Below the pieces are notes generated by a model that was given only the letters and a program-made list of their open reading frames with translations, ran no database searches and was not told the origin of the DNA. Both the position numbers and the translations under genes were made by a program. Below, in pieces: positions 1 to 9,423 of a stretch of 47,924 nucleotides of DNA. The number at the start of each line of letters is the position of its first letter. Position 1 is the first letter of the stretch. Origin of the DNA: an uncultured Fibrobacterales bacterium (GTDB lineage: Bacteria; Fibrobacterota; Fibrobacteria; Fibrobacterales; CAWVXU01); NCBI GenBank assembly GCA_963934255.1, contig CAWVXU010000010.1, positions 1-47,924 of the forward strand, given 5' to 3'.

Positions 1-13
1 CTGGGCCTTGGTT

Positions 14-829
14 TTAGCATCGGCAGGCGCCACTTTTTTTTTCTGCTACATTTTTTTTGGTAGGTTCCTTAGTTTTTGACTTTTTAATTTTTGGCTTTTT
101 AGTTTCAGTTTTTGCAGCTTTCTTCGCTAGTGTCTTCTTCGTAGGTTCTACCTTTTTAGCGGCAGCTTTCTTAGCTGGTGTCTTCTTCGTAGGCTCTACC
201 TTTTTAGCGGCAGCTTTCTTCGCTGGTGTCTTCTTCGTAGGCTCTACCTTTTTAGCGGCAGCTTTCTTCGCTGGTGTCTTCTTCGTAGGCTCTACCTTTT
301 TGACAGCAACTTTCTTCGCTGATGTCTTCTTTTCAACGGCCTTTGTAGTGGTTGCTTTTTTAACAGCCACTTTTTTAACAGCCACTTTTTTAGTTGCATT
401 TTTAGTTATTGGTTTTTTACTCACCGGTTTTTGATTCTCCTTGACCGATTGAGTTGCTGACTTTTTAACTACTGGTTTGGCCTCAATAGATTTCGCAGTT
501 TTAGCTGTTACTTTTTTAGCAGCTACTTTTGCCGGCACTGCTTTTTTCTTAGAAACAACTTTAATTTTAGACTCCGCTTTTGATGATTTAGCCTTTACCG
601 AAACTTTTTTCTTGGCAGCTGCAGTTTTTGACTTTGTTGTTACTTCTTTAGGGCTCGCTTTTTTAGGGCTCGCTTTTTTAGTAATAATTTTCGCAGTAGC
701 TTTTGGAACTACTGCTTTTTTGGTCGTAGCTTTTGGGGTCTTTGTTGCAGAAGCTTTAGTAGACGATTTCTGTGTGGCCTTTGCACCTACAGTAGATTTC
801 TTAGCTGTAGTTTTCTTTTTTGTTGCCAT
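14..829 (-). CDS. Lys/Ala/Thr-rich histone H1/Hc2-like basic protein; true C-terminus may continue past the left edge via a frameshift at an A9 run
   Basis: Highly basic low-complexity sequence (KKVA, KKTPAKKAAA repeats); AAGGG SD-like sequence upstream, 2 nt after the cyclophilin stop. Confidence 0.75.
   Translation of the reverse strand: MATKKKTTAKKSTVGAKATQKSSTKASATKTPKATTKKAVVPKATAKIITKKASPKKASPKEVTTKSKTAAAKKKVSVKAKSSKAESKIKVVSKKKAVPAKVAAKKVTAKTAKSIEAKPVVKKSATQSVKENQKPVSKKPITKNATKKVAVKKVAVKKATTTKAVEKKTSAKKVAVKKVEPTKKTPAKKAAAKKVEPTKKTPAKKAAAKKVEPTKKTPAKKAAAKKVEPTKKTLAKKAAKTETKKPKIKKSKTKEPTKKNVAEKKSGACRC
114..331. repeat. 48-bp coding tandem repeat, about 4.5 copies (encodes KKVEPTKKTPAKKAAA)
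   Basis: Unit gcagctttcttcgct(a/g)gtgtcttcttcgtagg(t/c)tctacctttttagcg recurs at 114, 162, 210, 258, partial at 306. Confidence 0.92.
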
Positions 830-831
830 GA

Positions 832-1392
832 TTAACGCCCCTTAGCTTCTGTTGATTTATTTATTTCAATAATTTTCACCGTGATCATTGGATCACCCTT
901 CTCAAGTCTATAAATCACATCCAACCCATCTACAACACGACCAAAGACAGTATGCTTACCATCAAGATGTTTTTGTGGATACTGAACAATGAAAAATTGG
1001 CTTCCTCCGGAATTTAAATCACCTGTATTTGCCATGGAAATTACTCCAATTTCATGACTCAGTTCATTTTTTTCAAATGGTATTTTATAACCTGGTCCAC
1101 CAGTTCCATTACCCTTAGGGTCACCAGTTTGAACCATAAATTGCTGGATTATTCTATGAAAAATAATTCCGTCATAAAATTTTGACTTAGCCAGTGACTC
1201 AAAATTTGCCACTGTATTGGGTGCTTCGTGATGATTTAATAATATCTTCATCACACCTTCATGAGTAGTTATCTCAGCATAAATTGTGTCTATTTGAGAG
1301 AAATTACGTGAAAACTTCTTTAAACCAGCCCCATATATATAAGAGGTAGAAAGCGTGTTTAATAACAGCAGAAATACAATAAAATGAGACAT
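832..1392 (-). CDS. Cyclophilin-type peptidyl-prolyl cis-trans isomerase with signal peptide
   Basis: APNTVANF, FYDGIIFHRII, QTGDP.G.GTGGPG, SMAN, GSQFFI, HLDGKHTVFG motifs; hydrophobic N-terminus. Confidence 0.95.
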   Translation of the reverse strand: MSHFIVFLLLLNTLSTSYIYGAGLKKFSRNFSQIDTIYAEITTHEGVMKILLNHHEAPNTVANFESLAKSKFYDGIIFHRIIQQFMVQTGDPKGNGTGGPGYKIPFEKNELSHEIGVISMANTGDLNSGGSQFFIVQYPQKHLDGKHTVFGRVVDGLDVIYRLEKGDPMITVKIIEINKSTEAKGR

Positions 1393-1504
1393 TATCCACT
1401 TTAATCAGTTAGTTTTTTTGAAATATAATTTTTTTAGCGTCATTTTGAGGCAATTGATTAAATTTGAAGCTCTTTGATTCCCCTTTTCAGGAAATGCACT
1501 AATT

Positions 1505-3301
1505 ATGAAGCAATCTCACATTAGAAATTTCTGTATTATCGCCCACATTGATCATGGAAAGTCTACTCTTGCAGATAGACTACTTGAGAATACTGCTACC
1601 CTGACTAATAAAGAGATGAAAGCTCAAGTCCTTGATGATATGGAACTCGAGCGCGAACGAGGGATTACGATTAAATCTCATGCAATTCGTATGCCCTATG
1701 AGCAAGATGGCGAATTTTATGACCTAAACATGATTGATACTCCGGGGCATGTAGACTTTACTTATGAAGTCTCTCGCTCTCTTGCTGCTTGTGAAGGTGC
1801 ATTATTAATCGTTGATGCTTCTCAAGGGATTGAAGCTCAAACTATGTCAAACCTCTATCTGGCTATGGATGCAGAACTCACCATTATTCCAGTTATTAAT
1901 AAAATTGACTTACCTGGAGCAGAACCTGACAGAGTCGCTCTACAAGTCGGAGAACTTTTAGGTTATGAACCTGATGACATTCCAAGGATTTCAGCCAAAA
2001 ATGGTACAAACATTGACCAAGTGCTCAGAAAAATCGTGGCTGAAGTTCCAGCTCCTGATGGTGATCCAGATAAACAATTACAAGCTTTAATATTTGATTC
2101 AGTTTATGACTCCTATAGAGGTGTCATTCTTTATATTCGTTTGATGCAAGGTACTTTACCAGCCAAAGGTGAAGTCAAGATGATACAAACTGATGCAAAT
2201 TATCAAATTACAGAAATTGGGACGTTCTCACTTTCTCGTGAGCCAAGGGATCAACTCCTCCCTGGTCAGGTAGGCTATCTGCAAGGTAGTGTTAAGGTGA
2301 TTTCTGATATTAAAATCGGCGACACCATAACTATGGCTGCCAATCCATCGACAGAAGTACTTCCTGGATACAAGGAAATCACGCCGATGATTTTCTCGGG
2401 AATATATCCCGTTGATGCAGAAGATTACAAACTTTTACGAGATGCTTTAGAAAAACTCACTTTGAACGATCCGGCATTAATTTGGGAACCTGAAACTTCA
2501 GAAGCGCTTGGATTTGGTTTTAGATGTGGATTCTTAGGCCTTCTTCATATGGAAATTATCCAAGAGCGCTTAGACCGTGAATTTAACGCCAATATTATCA
2601 CCACAATGCCCGCTGTGGAGTACCATGTTTATCTAAAAGACGAGACCATGGTCAAGGTTGAAAATCCTTCTCGCCTTCCAGATGTTGGCTCATATGATCG
2701 CATTGAAGAGCCTTATATTAAAGCTCAGATATTTACGCCAAAGGAATATGTCGGATCTATCATGAAGCTTTCGGAAGAGAAGCGCGGAAATTTCATCAAC
2801 ATGGATTATTTCGATGAACAAAAAGTCACGCTTCATTATGAATTTCCAATGGGTGAAGTGATGTTTGATTTTTATGATCGACTCAAATCAATATCTCAAG
2901 GATACGCAGGCTTCGACTACGACCTGATTGAATACCGCAAATCAGACCTTGTTCGTCTTGACATGCTTCTCAATGGCGAGCCCGTAGATGCATTTTCTGT
3001 TATCCTTCACAAAGATAAAGCCTTTTATCATGGACAGGCCATCGCTGTGAAGCTTAAAGATTTAATTCCACGTCAACAGTTTGATGTAGCAGTGCAGGCC
3101 GCTATTGGAACACGAGTTATCGCACGTACCACAATTAAAGCCCTTCGCAAAAATGTTACCGCTAAATGTTATGGTGGTGATATCTCTCGAAAAAGAAAAC
3201 TTTTAGAAAAACAAAAAGACGGTAAGAAACGAATGAAAGCAATTGGGTCCGTTGAAGTTCCTCAAGAAGCTTTCCTTGCGGTTCTCAAAGTTTCAGAATA
3301 A
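1505..3301 (+). CDS. lepA: Translation elongation factor 4 (LepA)
   Basis: [55 protein letters not shown]. Confidence 0.99.
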   Translation: MKQSHIRNFCIIAHIDHGKSTLADRLLENTATLTNKEMKAQVLDDMELERERGITIKSHAIRMPYEQDGEFYDLNMIDTPGHVDFTYEVSRSLAACEGALLIVDASQGIEAQTMSNLYLAMDAELTIIPVINKIDLPGAEPDRVALQVGELLGYEPDDIPRISAKNGTNIDQVLRKIVAEVPAPDGDPDKQLQALIFDSVYDSYRGVILYIRLMQGTLPAKGEVKMIQTDANYQITEIGTFSLSREPRDQLLPGQVGYLQGSVKVISDIKIGDTITMAANPSTEVLPGYKEITPMIFSGIYPVDAEDYKLLRDALEKLTLNDPALIWEPETSEALGFGFRCGFLGLLHMEIIQERLDREFNANIITTMPAVEYHVYLKDETMVKVENPSRLPDVGSYDRIEEPYIKAQIFTPKEYVGSIMKLSEEKRGNFINMDYFDEQKVTLHYEFPMGEVMFDFYDRLKSISQGYAGFDYDLIEYRKSDLVRLDMLLNGEPVDAFSVILHKDKAFYHGQAIAVKLKDLIPRQQFDVAVQAAIGTRVIARTTIKALRKNVTAKCYGGDISRKRKLLEKQKDGKKRMKAIGSVEVPQEAFLAVLKVSE

Positions 3302-3305
3302 AGCT

Positions 3306-4037
3306 ATGGCGAGTCAGCTCCCAAAGTGGCGTCCACTAAAAAGGTTAGTTCGTAATCAAAGCCAATATTATTTAAAGCCTTGGCTTATTCTGACTGTATT
3401 ACTCATAGCTTTGAGTTATTTTATACTACCAAACTACTTCAACTCTTGGGCCATAAAACTTAACGATGGCACTAGCAGATATAGCTTACACTCTCAGGTA
3501 ATTTTACCAAACTTCAAATATTTCATTGTCGATTCACCAACTGAATTTACTATTCGTAAATTTACAGGTACAACGACCCTTTTGCTTGATTCAGCAAATT
3601 CGCTTGAGATTGGGAATGAAAATCAAAACATTCAGGTGGTCCATAATAAGTTGGTAGACTCAATATTTGACCAAAGACTTATGTTCTATCGAACAATTAT
3701 TCGAAAGCACCCAAAGACTCTTGTTTCCTGGAGTCTTCTTCTCAACAATAAAAGAATTTCCATAAAACAACTTCCTAGTCGTATTGGTCGAACTATTGAA
3801 ACCTTAACGCCTATTCAAATGTTGCTGCCTAGTCGCGTAAAGCAACTAGAAAAGCAGTTTGCTAAAGAATTTGAAGGACAAAAACTTAAGATTATCCCGC
3901 AAATTTCAGATTTTCCACAAACAATCATCAATCAATCAGGATTTCTAGGGAAGTCTCTTAGAAATTTAGTTGTGGATTTCTATCTTGTTGAGGAAATAAA
4001 ATCAACAGAACTTGTGGGATTTCACCTCAGCTTATAA
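3306..4037 (+). CDS. Membrane-anchored hypothetical protein, possibly a degenerate signal peptidase I (S26)-like protein
   Basis: ATG 4 nt after the lepA stop (the lepB position); single N-terminal TM; faint echoes of S26 boxes but no SGSM/KR motifs. Confidence 0.5.
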   Translation: MASQLPKWRPLKRLVRNQSQYYLKPWLILTVLLIALSYFILPNYFNSWAIKLNDGTSRYSLHSQVILPNFKYFIVDSPTEFTIRKFTGTTTLLLDSANSLEIGNENQNIQVVHNKLVDSIFDQRLMFYRTIIRKHPKTLVSWSLLLNNKRISIKQLPSRIGRTIETLTPIQMLLPSRVKQLEKQFAKEFEGQKLKIIPQISDFPQTIINQSGFLGKSLRNLVVDFYLVEEIKSTELVGFHLSL

Positions 4038-4051
4038 ACCCAGGACATAAC

Positions 4052-4324
4052 ATGGAAATTTCAGATTGGCGCATCAAAATTGACCTTATTGAAACTCAAC
4101 TTATTCAGCTATTGAATGAGCGTGCAGAATATGCCATTGAAATAGGATTATTAAAGCGAAAAAAAGGACTTGTCGTTTACGATGAAACTCGTGAAGTTGA
4201 GATACTCAAACGAGTTGCAAAAAAAAGTACCGGCCCCTTAGATGATGATGCAATTCAAGACGTCTTCAAATCTATTATTCAGGTGACTCGCGATTTAGAA
4301 GATACCCACCATAGGAATGCTTAA
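4052..4324 (+). CDS. Chorismate mutase (AroQ type, monofunctional)
   Basis: R.KID.IE.QLIQLLNERA...IG.LK, YD.TRE.EI pattern; upstream of tyrA; AGGA SD. Confidence 0.92.
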   Translation: MEISDWRIKIDLIETQLIQLLNERAEYAIEIGLLKRKKGLVVYDETREVEILKRVAKKSTGPLDDDAIQDVFKSIIQVTRDLEDTHHRNA

Positions 4325-4327
4325 ATA

Positions 4328-5455
4328 ATGACACAGGAATCTCAAAAAAAGCCTGTCATTGCTATTGTAGGACTAGGACTTTTAGGTGCCTCAATTTGTG
4401 AGACACTCAGGACACGCCTATTTCCCGTTCATATTATTGGAATTTCATCCCCTAACTCAACAAAAACCGCCTTAGAACAGGGACTTATTGATGAATCTCT
4501 CACTTATGATGAGATTAGTTTAATTAAACTACGCGTTGATTTAGTTTTCTTATGTACACCTATTAAGCATATTTTTTCTATGGTTGAAAAGCTTTCTGAG
4601 TCTAAGACTCCTTGGAAAGAAGGAGCTATCGTAACTGACGTTGGGTCCACCAAATCAGAAATTTGTCAATTTGCTTGGGATAAATTAGGGGAACAAGTCT
4701 TTATTGGTGGACACCCCATGGCAGGCTCCGAAAAAAACGGCATTGATGCTCGAGATGCAACACTCTTTGAATCTGCACTTTGGTTATTAACTCCTTCACC
4801 CAAGCAAGCTTTCGTTCTAGCTGAATCTCTCTTGTTTCAAGTAATTAATACTTTGGGCTCAACTATTCACCTATGTGATATTGATTCTCACGATGAGTGG
4901 TTAGCGGCAGTATCACATTTGCCTCAGCTTTTATCTACCCAACTGAGCGTATCAACTTTTAAACACTTTCCTCAGGCTATTTCTGTTGCCGGACCAGGCT
5001 ACAGAGATATGAGTCGCCTAGCTCTTTCATCTTATCCTATGTGGCAGAGTATATTAGAAACTAACGCCGACAAAATTCATTACGCACTTAACAAATATAT
5101 AGATGAATTAGAATCTCTCCAAACATATCTAAAAACTAAAAACTGGAATCAAGTTGAATCTTCATTTGAAACTGCTTATCATGGTCGTCAAAATTTAAAC
5201 ATCCCTCAAGAAGGATGGTCAAATAGTTTAATTGATGTTATAGTCACCGTAAAAGATCAAACTGGAATGATCTCAAAAATAGTTGTCCCGCTTTCCGATG
5301 CAAAGTTGGATATTCGAGACATTCAACTGCTCAAAATACGAGAAGGTATGGGTGGAACATTAAGATTGAGCTTCTCTTCGATTCAGCAAGCTAAACAAGC
5401 AGTTAAGCTTCTAGAAACCTTGAGCATTCAGGCTAAATTAAGAAGTGAATTATAG
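4328..5455 (+). CDS. tyrA: Prephenate/arogenate dehydrogenase with C-terminal ACT domain
   Basis: IVGLGLLGAS Rossmann motif, TDVGSTK, GGHPMAGSE, SHLPQ, GPGYRDMSRLA; ACT domain V.D.TG.I. Confidence 0.93.
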   Translation: MTQESQKKPVIAIVGLGLLGASICETLRTRLFPVHIIGISSPNSTKTALEQGLIDESLTYDEISLIKLRVDLVFLCTPIKHIFSMVEKLSESKTPWKEGAIVTDVGSTKSEICQFAWDKLGEQVFIGGHPMAGSEKNGIDARDATLFESALWLLTPSPKQAFVLAESLLFQVINTLGSTIHLCDIDSHDEWLAAVSHLPQLLSTQLSVSTFKHFPQAISVAGPGYRDMSRLALSSYPMWQSILETNADKIHYALNKYIDELESLQTYLKTKNWNQVESSFETAYHGRQNLNIPQEGWSNSLIDVIVTVKDQTGMISKIVVPLSDAKLDIRDIQLLKIREGMGGTLRLSFSSIQQAKQAVKLLETLSIQAKLRSEL

Positions 5456-6831
5456 TGGAAATTTTAGAATTGGAACTCAGTCGACCTGGCCCTCTTAATG
5501 GGGAATTAATACTTCCGCCTGATGAAGAATACTTTTATTATTGCTTATTCATGGCATCATTATCAACCGGAAGTACTGAACTTTTACATTTCCAAACAAC
5601 ACCTCAAATTGATTTGTTGGTTGAATGGTTTCACACTCTAAAAATCACAACTCTAATTGAACCTGAAACCTTAGTAATCATTGGTCAAGGCGCTCAATTT
5701 CGCCCCGATTATCAAGATGTCAGTTTTGAACTTTCTAGGCACACGAGAGTCAATGTTTTGTTTGTTGAATTTTTACGATCTTCTGATTGGCCGCTAGTCC
5801 AACTCAAAGGAACCTCTCTTCATTTAGGACAGCTAAGTGATGAACTTTCAAATTTACAAGGCTATATTCTTGATTCCAAAGAAGGCACTCTAGATATACA
5901 ATTTGAGCAATCAAAAGAATTAAAAAGTGAATACAAATTCAAACAAAGTTCATCAATAGCAAGAGATATTATTTTTCTTCGTTGCCTTTTAGATGAACAT
6001 TCTTGCTTGGTTCAAGAGCCATTTGCAATAAATGATTCATTTATTCAAGTGATGAATTTTTTTGGAATAAAAACAAACATAGACCGGCAAGGTAATCAAG
6101 AATTGAGTGAGTTAGAAAAAAGACTTTCTAGGCTTCGAGGGATTAAGACTGAAAAAAAATCAATCTGCTCAATTGATGGTTTTAAACAAATCAACGCAAA
6201 ACAAATTCGACTCCCAGCTGACCCTGACATTGCAAGTGCCCTCACCGTTCTCGGTTGTTTGATTCCCAAATCATATTTTATTTTGAAGAATGTTTCGGTT
6301 AATCCAAGTCGCTCAGGAATTTTTACTTCATTGAAAAGACTAGGGTTTAAAGTAGATTCGTTAAGGCGGAAAGAGCGTCAAGGTGATGCCATCGCTGATA
6401 TTGAAGTTCAATTTACTCGCAATAGGCTTGCTCGTAAAATTGGTGGTGAGAGTATGCTCAGCAGCACTAGGCAATACCCAATCCTCGCTATTGCAGCATG
6501 CTTTGCTGACGGTGAGTCAATTTTAAGAGATATTCCGCTGGTACATGAGAATCAAATCATGCGTCTACATCATTTGGCTACAAATCTCAAACACACTGGA
6601 GCCGAAATTGGTGAATTTGATGAAGGCATTGTTATTCGAGGCCGTGAAGAATGTGACTCAAATACTTATCAGGCACAAGGCGATGAAATACTCGCACTAG
6701 CACTTTATGTACTTTCAAGAACCACGCATGGGAAATCTCATTTTATGAGCATAGATTTAATCGATAAATATTTCCCTTCATTCATACCATATATTGAACT
6801 GCTTGAAACAACTCAAGCGTCAGAAGACTAG
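5455..6831 (+). CDS. EPSP synthase (AroA)-fold protein with degenerate active site
   Basis: Overall AroA layout (GPLNGELILPPD, LPADP, NVSVNPSRSG, P.LAIAACFADGES.L, GAEIGE..EG..IRG, FPSF) after tyrA with TAGTG overlap; canonical catalytic motifs replaced. Confidence 0.8.
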   Translation: MEILELELSRPGPLNGELILPPDEEYFYYCLFMASLSTGSTELLHFQTTPQIDLLVEWFHTLKITTLIEPETLVIIGQGAQFRPDYQDVSFELSRHTRVNVLFVEFLRSSDWPLVQLKGTSLHLGQLSDELSNLQGYILDSKEGTLDIQFEQSKELKSEYKFKQSSSIARDIIFLRCLLDEHSCLVQEPFAINDSFIQVMNFFGIKTNIDRQGNQELSELEKRLSRLRGIKTEKKSICSIDGFKQINAKQIRLPADPDIASALTVLGCLIPKSYFILKNVSVNPSRSGIFTSLKRLGFKVDSLRRKERQGDAIADIEVQFTRNRLARKIGGESMLSSTRQYPILAIAACFADGESILRDIPLVHENQIMRLHHLATNLKHTGAEIGEFDEGIVIRGREECDSNTYQAQGDEILALALYVLSRTTHGKSHFMSIDLIDKYFPSFIPYIELLETTQASED

Positions 6832-6839
6832 GAGCTTAT

Positions 6840-7727
6840 ATGAAAACGATTTCTGTCCTAACTTATGACAATAATCCAAAGACCTTACAGGTCCTCAGCG
6901 AAATCCAAAAGTGGTCAGTTTCTCACGATGAATTAGAAATTCTAGTACCGAAAAGACTTAGCACTTGGATGGAATTTACAAATGTTACATTTGTAAATGA
7001 TGTCAAACTCAAAGATTGTAATGTACTCATCTCAATCGGTGGGGATGGCACCTTTTTGTCAGCTGCTCGACTAGTCGCACGTATTGAAACTCCTATATTA
7101 GGAGTTCATACTGGTAGTACAGGGTTTTTAACTGACTTTAGTCCCACAAGTTTCCAAGGTGCATTAGACTCAATTATCCAAGGGGACTTTGAACTCAAAT
7201 CTAGGTTAATGTTAGACGTTGGACTTATCGAAGACAATTCAGCAATTGCAAAAGATTACATCATTAATGAACTTCAAATCAAGCCACTTGAACATACCTC
7301 TATGATTGAGTTAGAAGTTAAGATAAACGGATATGTTCTTACAAAATATTGGGCCGACAGTTTATTGATTTCTACTCCCACCGGATCAACAGCTTATAAT
7401 TTAGCTGCGGGTGGACCTATTATTTACCCAACTGCTGAAGCAGTTATACTCAATCCTGTTAATCCACCAAGCTTAACAGTAAGACCGATAGTTGTTCCAG
7501 CCGATGCAACAATATTGATTAAAAATACACAAGGAACTGCGTTTAAAGTCATACTAGATGGTAGAGAAGAACGAATTATCCAAGCCAATCAGTCCTTGAA
7601 AATTCGTCGTTCAAAATTTAACACACAAATTATTCGCTCACCAGAGTATGGTTTTATCGAGGCACTAAAACACAAATTAGGGTGGAGCGGTGACCGCTTT
7701 GTTGCCCCTGGAGATAACAATGCTTAA
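6840..7727 (+). CDS. nadK: NAD(+) kinase
   Basis: GGDGTFL, GFLT, INE, STPTGSTAYNLAAGGP; precedes recN. Confidence 0.96.
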   Translation: MKTISVLTYDNNPKTLQVLSEIQKWSVSHDELEILVPKRLSTWMEFTNVTFVNDVKLKDCNVLISIGGDGTFLSAARLVARIETPILGVHTGSTGFLTDFSPTSFQGALDSIIQGDFELKSRLMLDVGLIEDNSAIAKDYIINELQIKPLEHTSMIELEVKINGYVLTKYWADSLLISTPTGSTAYNLAAGGPIIYPTAEAVILNPVNPPSLTVRPIVVPADATILIKNTQGTAFKVILDGREERIIQANQSLKIRRSKFNTQIIRSPEYGFIEALKHKLGWSGDRFVAPGDNNA

Positions 7728-9420
7728 AACCTTACAAATAGATAATCTCATTTTAATTGAGTCAAGTACCGTTTCATTTGGGCCTGGATTTAATGTTATC
7801 ACAGGTGAAACAGGTGCAGGTAAATCTTTATTTTTAAGTGCACTTAAATTACTTAGTGGGCAAAAGGCCCCATCGAGTTGCATAAGAAAAGGTGCTGACA
7901 AAGCTCGTGTTGAGGCATGTTTTCAAGTTAATTTTAATGAGATACCCAACCTCAAAGAGGTTTTCTTGAATCTAGAGCTTGATTTAGAAGATGAGATTGT
8001 CATTCAAAGAGAAATATTGTCTAGTGGCAAATCACGTGCTCGCGTAAATGGCACTATGATCAACAATAAAGACCTACAACAAATTGGACCTATCTTACTT
8101 CAAATGCATGGTCAGTCTGAACAAATTTTACTTCGAGATACATCTAAACATGGAAAGCTTTTAGATGGACTTTCAGATATTGAAGATGAGCTTGCTTTGT
8201 ATAAAAAAGAGTGGCAATCATACCGGGCTATCCAAAAGAAAATACTTGAACTTGAAGAACAAAAAAATCAATCTGAGACACAACAAGACTTCTTTAGGTT
8301 TCAATTTGATGAACTTAAAAAAGCCGAACTTAAAGAGGGCGAAGATGACACCTTAGAATCCGAACTTACATCTCTCGAAAGTGTTGGCGAACTCAACGAC
8401 CTCAAAAACCAAAGTCTTGGTTTTTTAAGTGAAAGCAACGATTCTATTTTGAGTCAACTCCAGTCTTTTATTAAAATTAGTGAAAATTACAGCCAACAAA
8501 GTCATATCAAAAGTGCCCTAGAGAGTGCTACAGAAGCTCAATCACATGTTGAAGATGCACTCCACTCTATTCGTTCAATGGACATACCTACCGATGTAAG
8601 CCCTTATGAAATTGACAAAAAGAATTCTCGCCTAGCAACATTACAGCGACTCAAAAGAAAATACAATACTGATCTACTCGGGCTAATTGAGTTTTATTCA
8701 GAACGCGAATCCCAACTTAAAAATCTTGACCAATTTGACACCTTACTCACGGACCTTCAGTTTGATGAATCACAATCTTTACAAAAGATATGGACAATTG
8801 CAGAGAAACTACATTCCAAAAGAGTGGATGCAGCTCGCGATTTAGATACTAAAGTGACTCACGCCCTAGGTCATTTAGGTATGGATTCGGCTGAATATAA
8901 AACTCAAATAACTTTGGGGTCAATATATAGGCCCAAAACACTAAACTCTCGCGGTGCTGATGAAATTGAATTTTTAGTCAAGACAAATGCTGGTGGTGAA
9001 TTTCAAAGCCTTAAAAAAGGCATATCAGGGGGGGAGCTCTCTCGTGTGATGCTCGCCCTAAAATCAAGTTTAGCAGACCAAGATAAAACCCCAATACTCC
9101 TTTTTGATGAGGTTGACAGTGGCATATCAGGAGAAGTCGGTCACTCAATCGGTGAATGTATGAAGCAACTCGGAGGGTTTCACCAAATTCTCTGTATTAC
9201 CCACCTTCATCAAGTAGCAGTCCAGGCTCAGCATCAATTAATAGTAGCCAAAAGCCAAAATACCGAAGGAACGCTCACTCAAATTGAAAATCTCACTGAA
9301 GAAACAAGAATACAAGAAATTGCTCGTATGTTGGGCGGCAGTCAAGACCCTAATTGGCTAGAACAAGCAAAAAGGTTACTGAGTTCTTCCACCAATGACA
9401 AAGCAGTTTTCTATAATTAG
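7720..9420 (+). CDS. recN: DNA repair protein RecN
   Basis: TGETGAGKS Walker A, HGQ Q-loop, SGGELSR signature, FDEVDSG, ITHL; start moved to ATG 7720 (GGAG SD). Confidence 0.97.
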   Translation: MLKTLQIDNLILIESSTVSFGPGFNVITGETGAGKSLFLSALKLLSGQKAPSSCIRKGADKARVEACFQVNFNEIPNLKEVFLNLELDLEDEIVIQREILSSGKSRARVNGTMINNKDLQQIGPILLQMHGQSEQILLRDTSKHGKLLDGLSDIEDELALYKKEWQSYRAIQKKILELEEQKNQSETQQDFFRFQFDELKKAELKEGEDDTLESELTSLESVGELNDLKNQSLGFLSESNDSILSQLQSFIKISENYSQQSHIKSALESATEAQSHVEDALHSIRSMDIPTDVSPYEIDKKNSRLATLQRLKRKYNTDLLGLIEFYSERESQLKNLDQFDTLLTDLQFDESQSLQKIWTIAEKLHSKRVDAARDLDTKVTHALGHLGMDSAEYKTQITLGSIYRPKTLNSRGADEIEFLVKTNAGGEFQSLKKGISGGELSRVMLALKSSLADQDKTPILLFDEVDSGISGEVGHSIGECMKQLGGFHQILCITHLHQVAVQAQHQLIVAKSQNTEGTLTQIENLTEETRIQEIARMLGGSQDPNWLEQAKRLLSSSTNDKAVFYN

Positions 9421-9423
9421 GTT

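Noticed and set aside
114..331. Direct repeats as a possible CRISPR array
   Set aside because: Head-to-tail units with no unique spacers, in frame within a CDS; no cas genes
57..845. Two hydrophobic plus-strand ORFs (57-434, 477-845) that look like membrane proteins
   Set aside because: Antisense shadows of the Lys/Ala-rich gene (AAA/AAG codons read as TTT/CTT)
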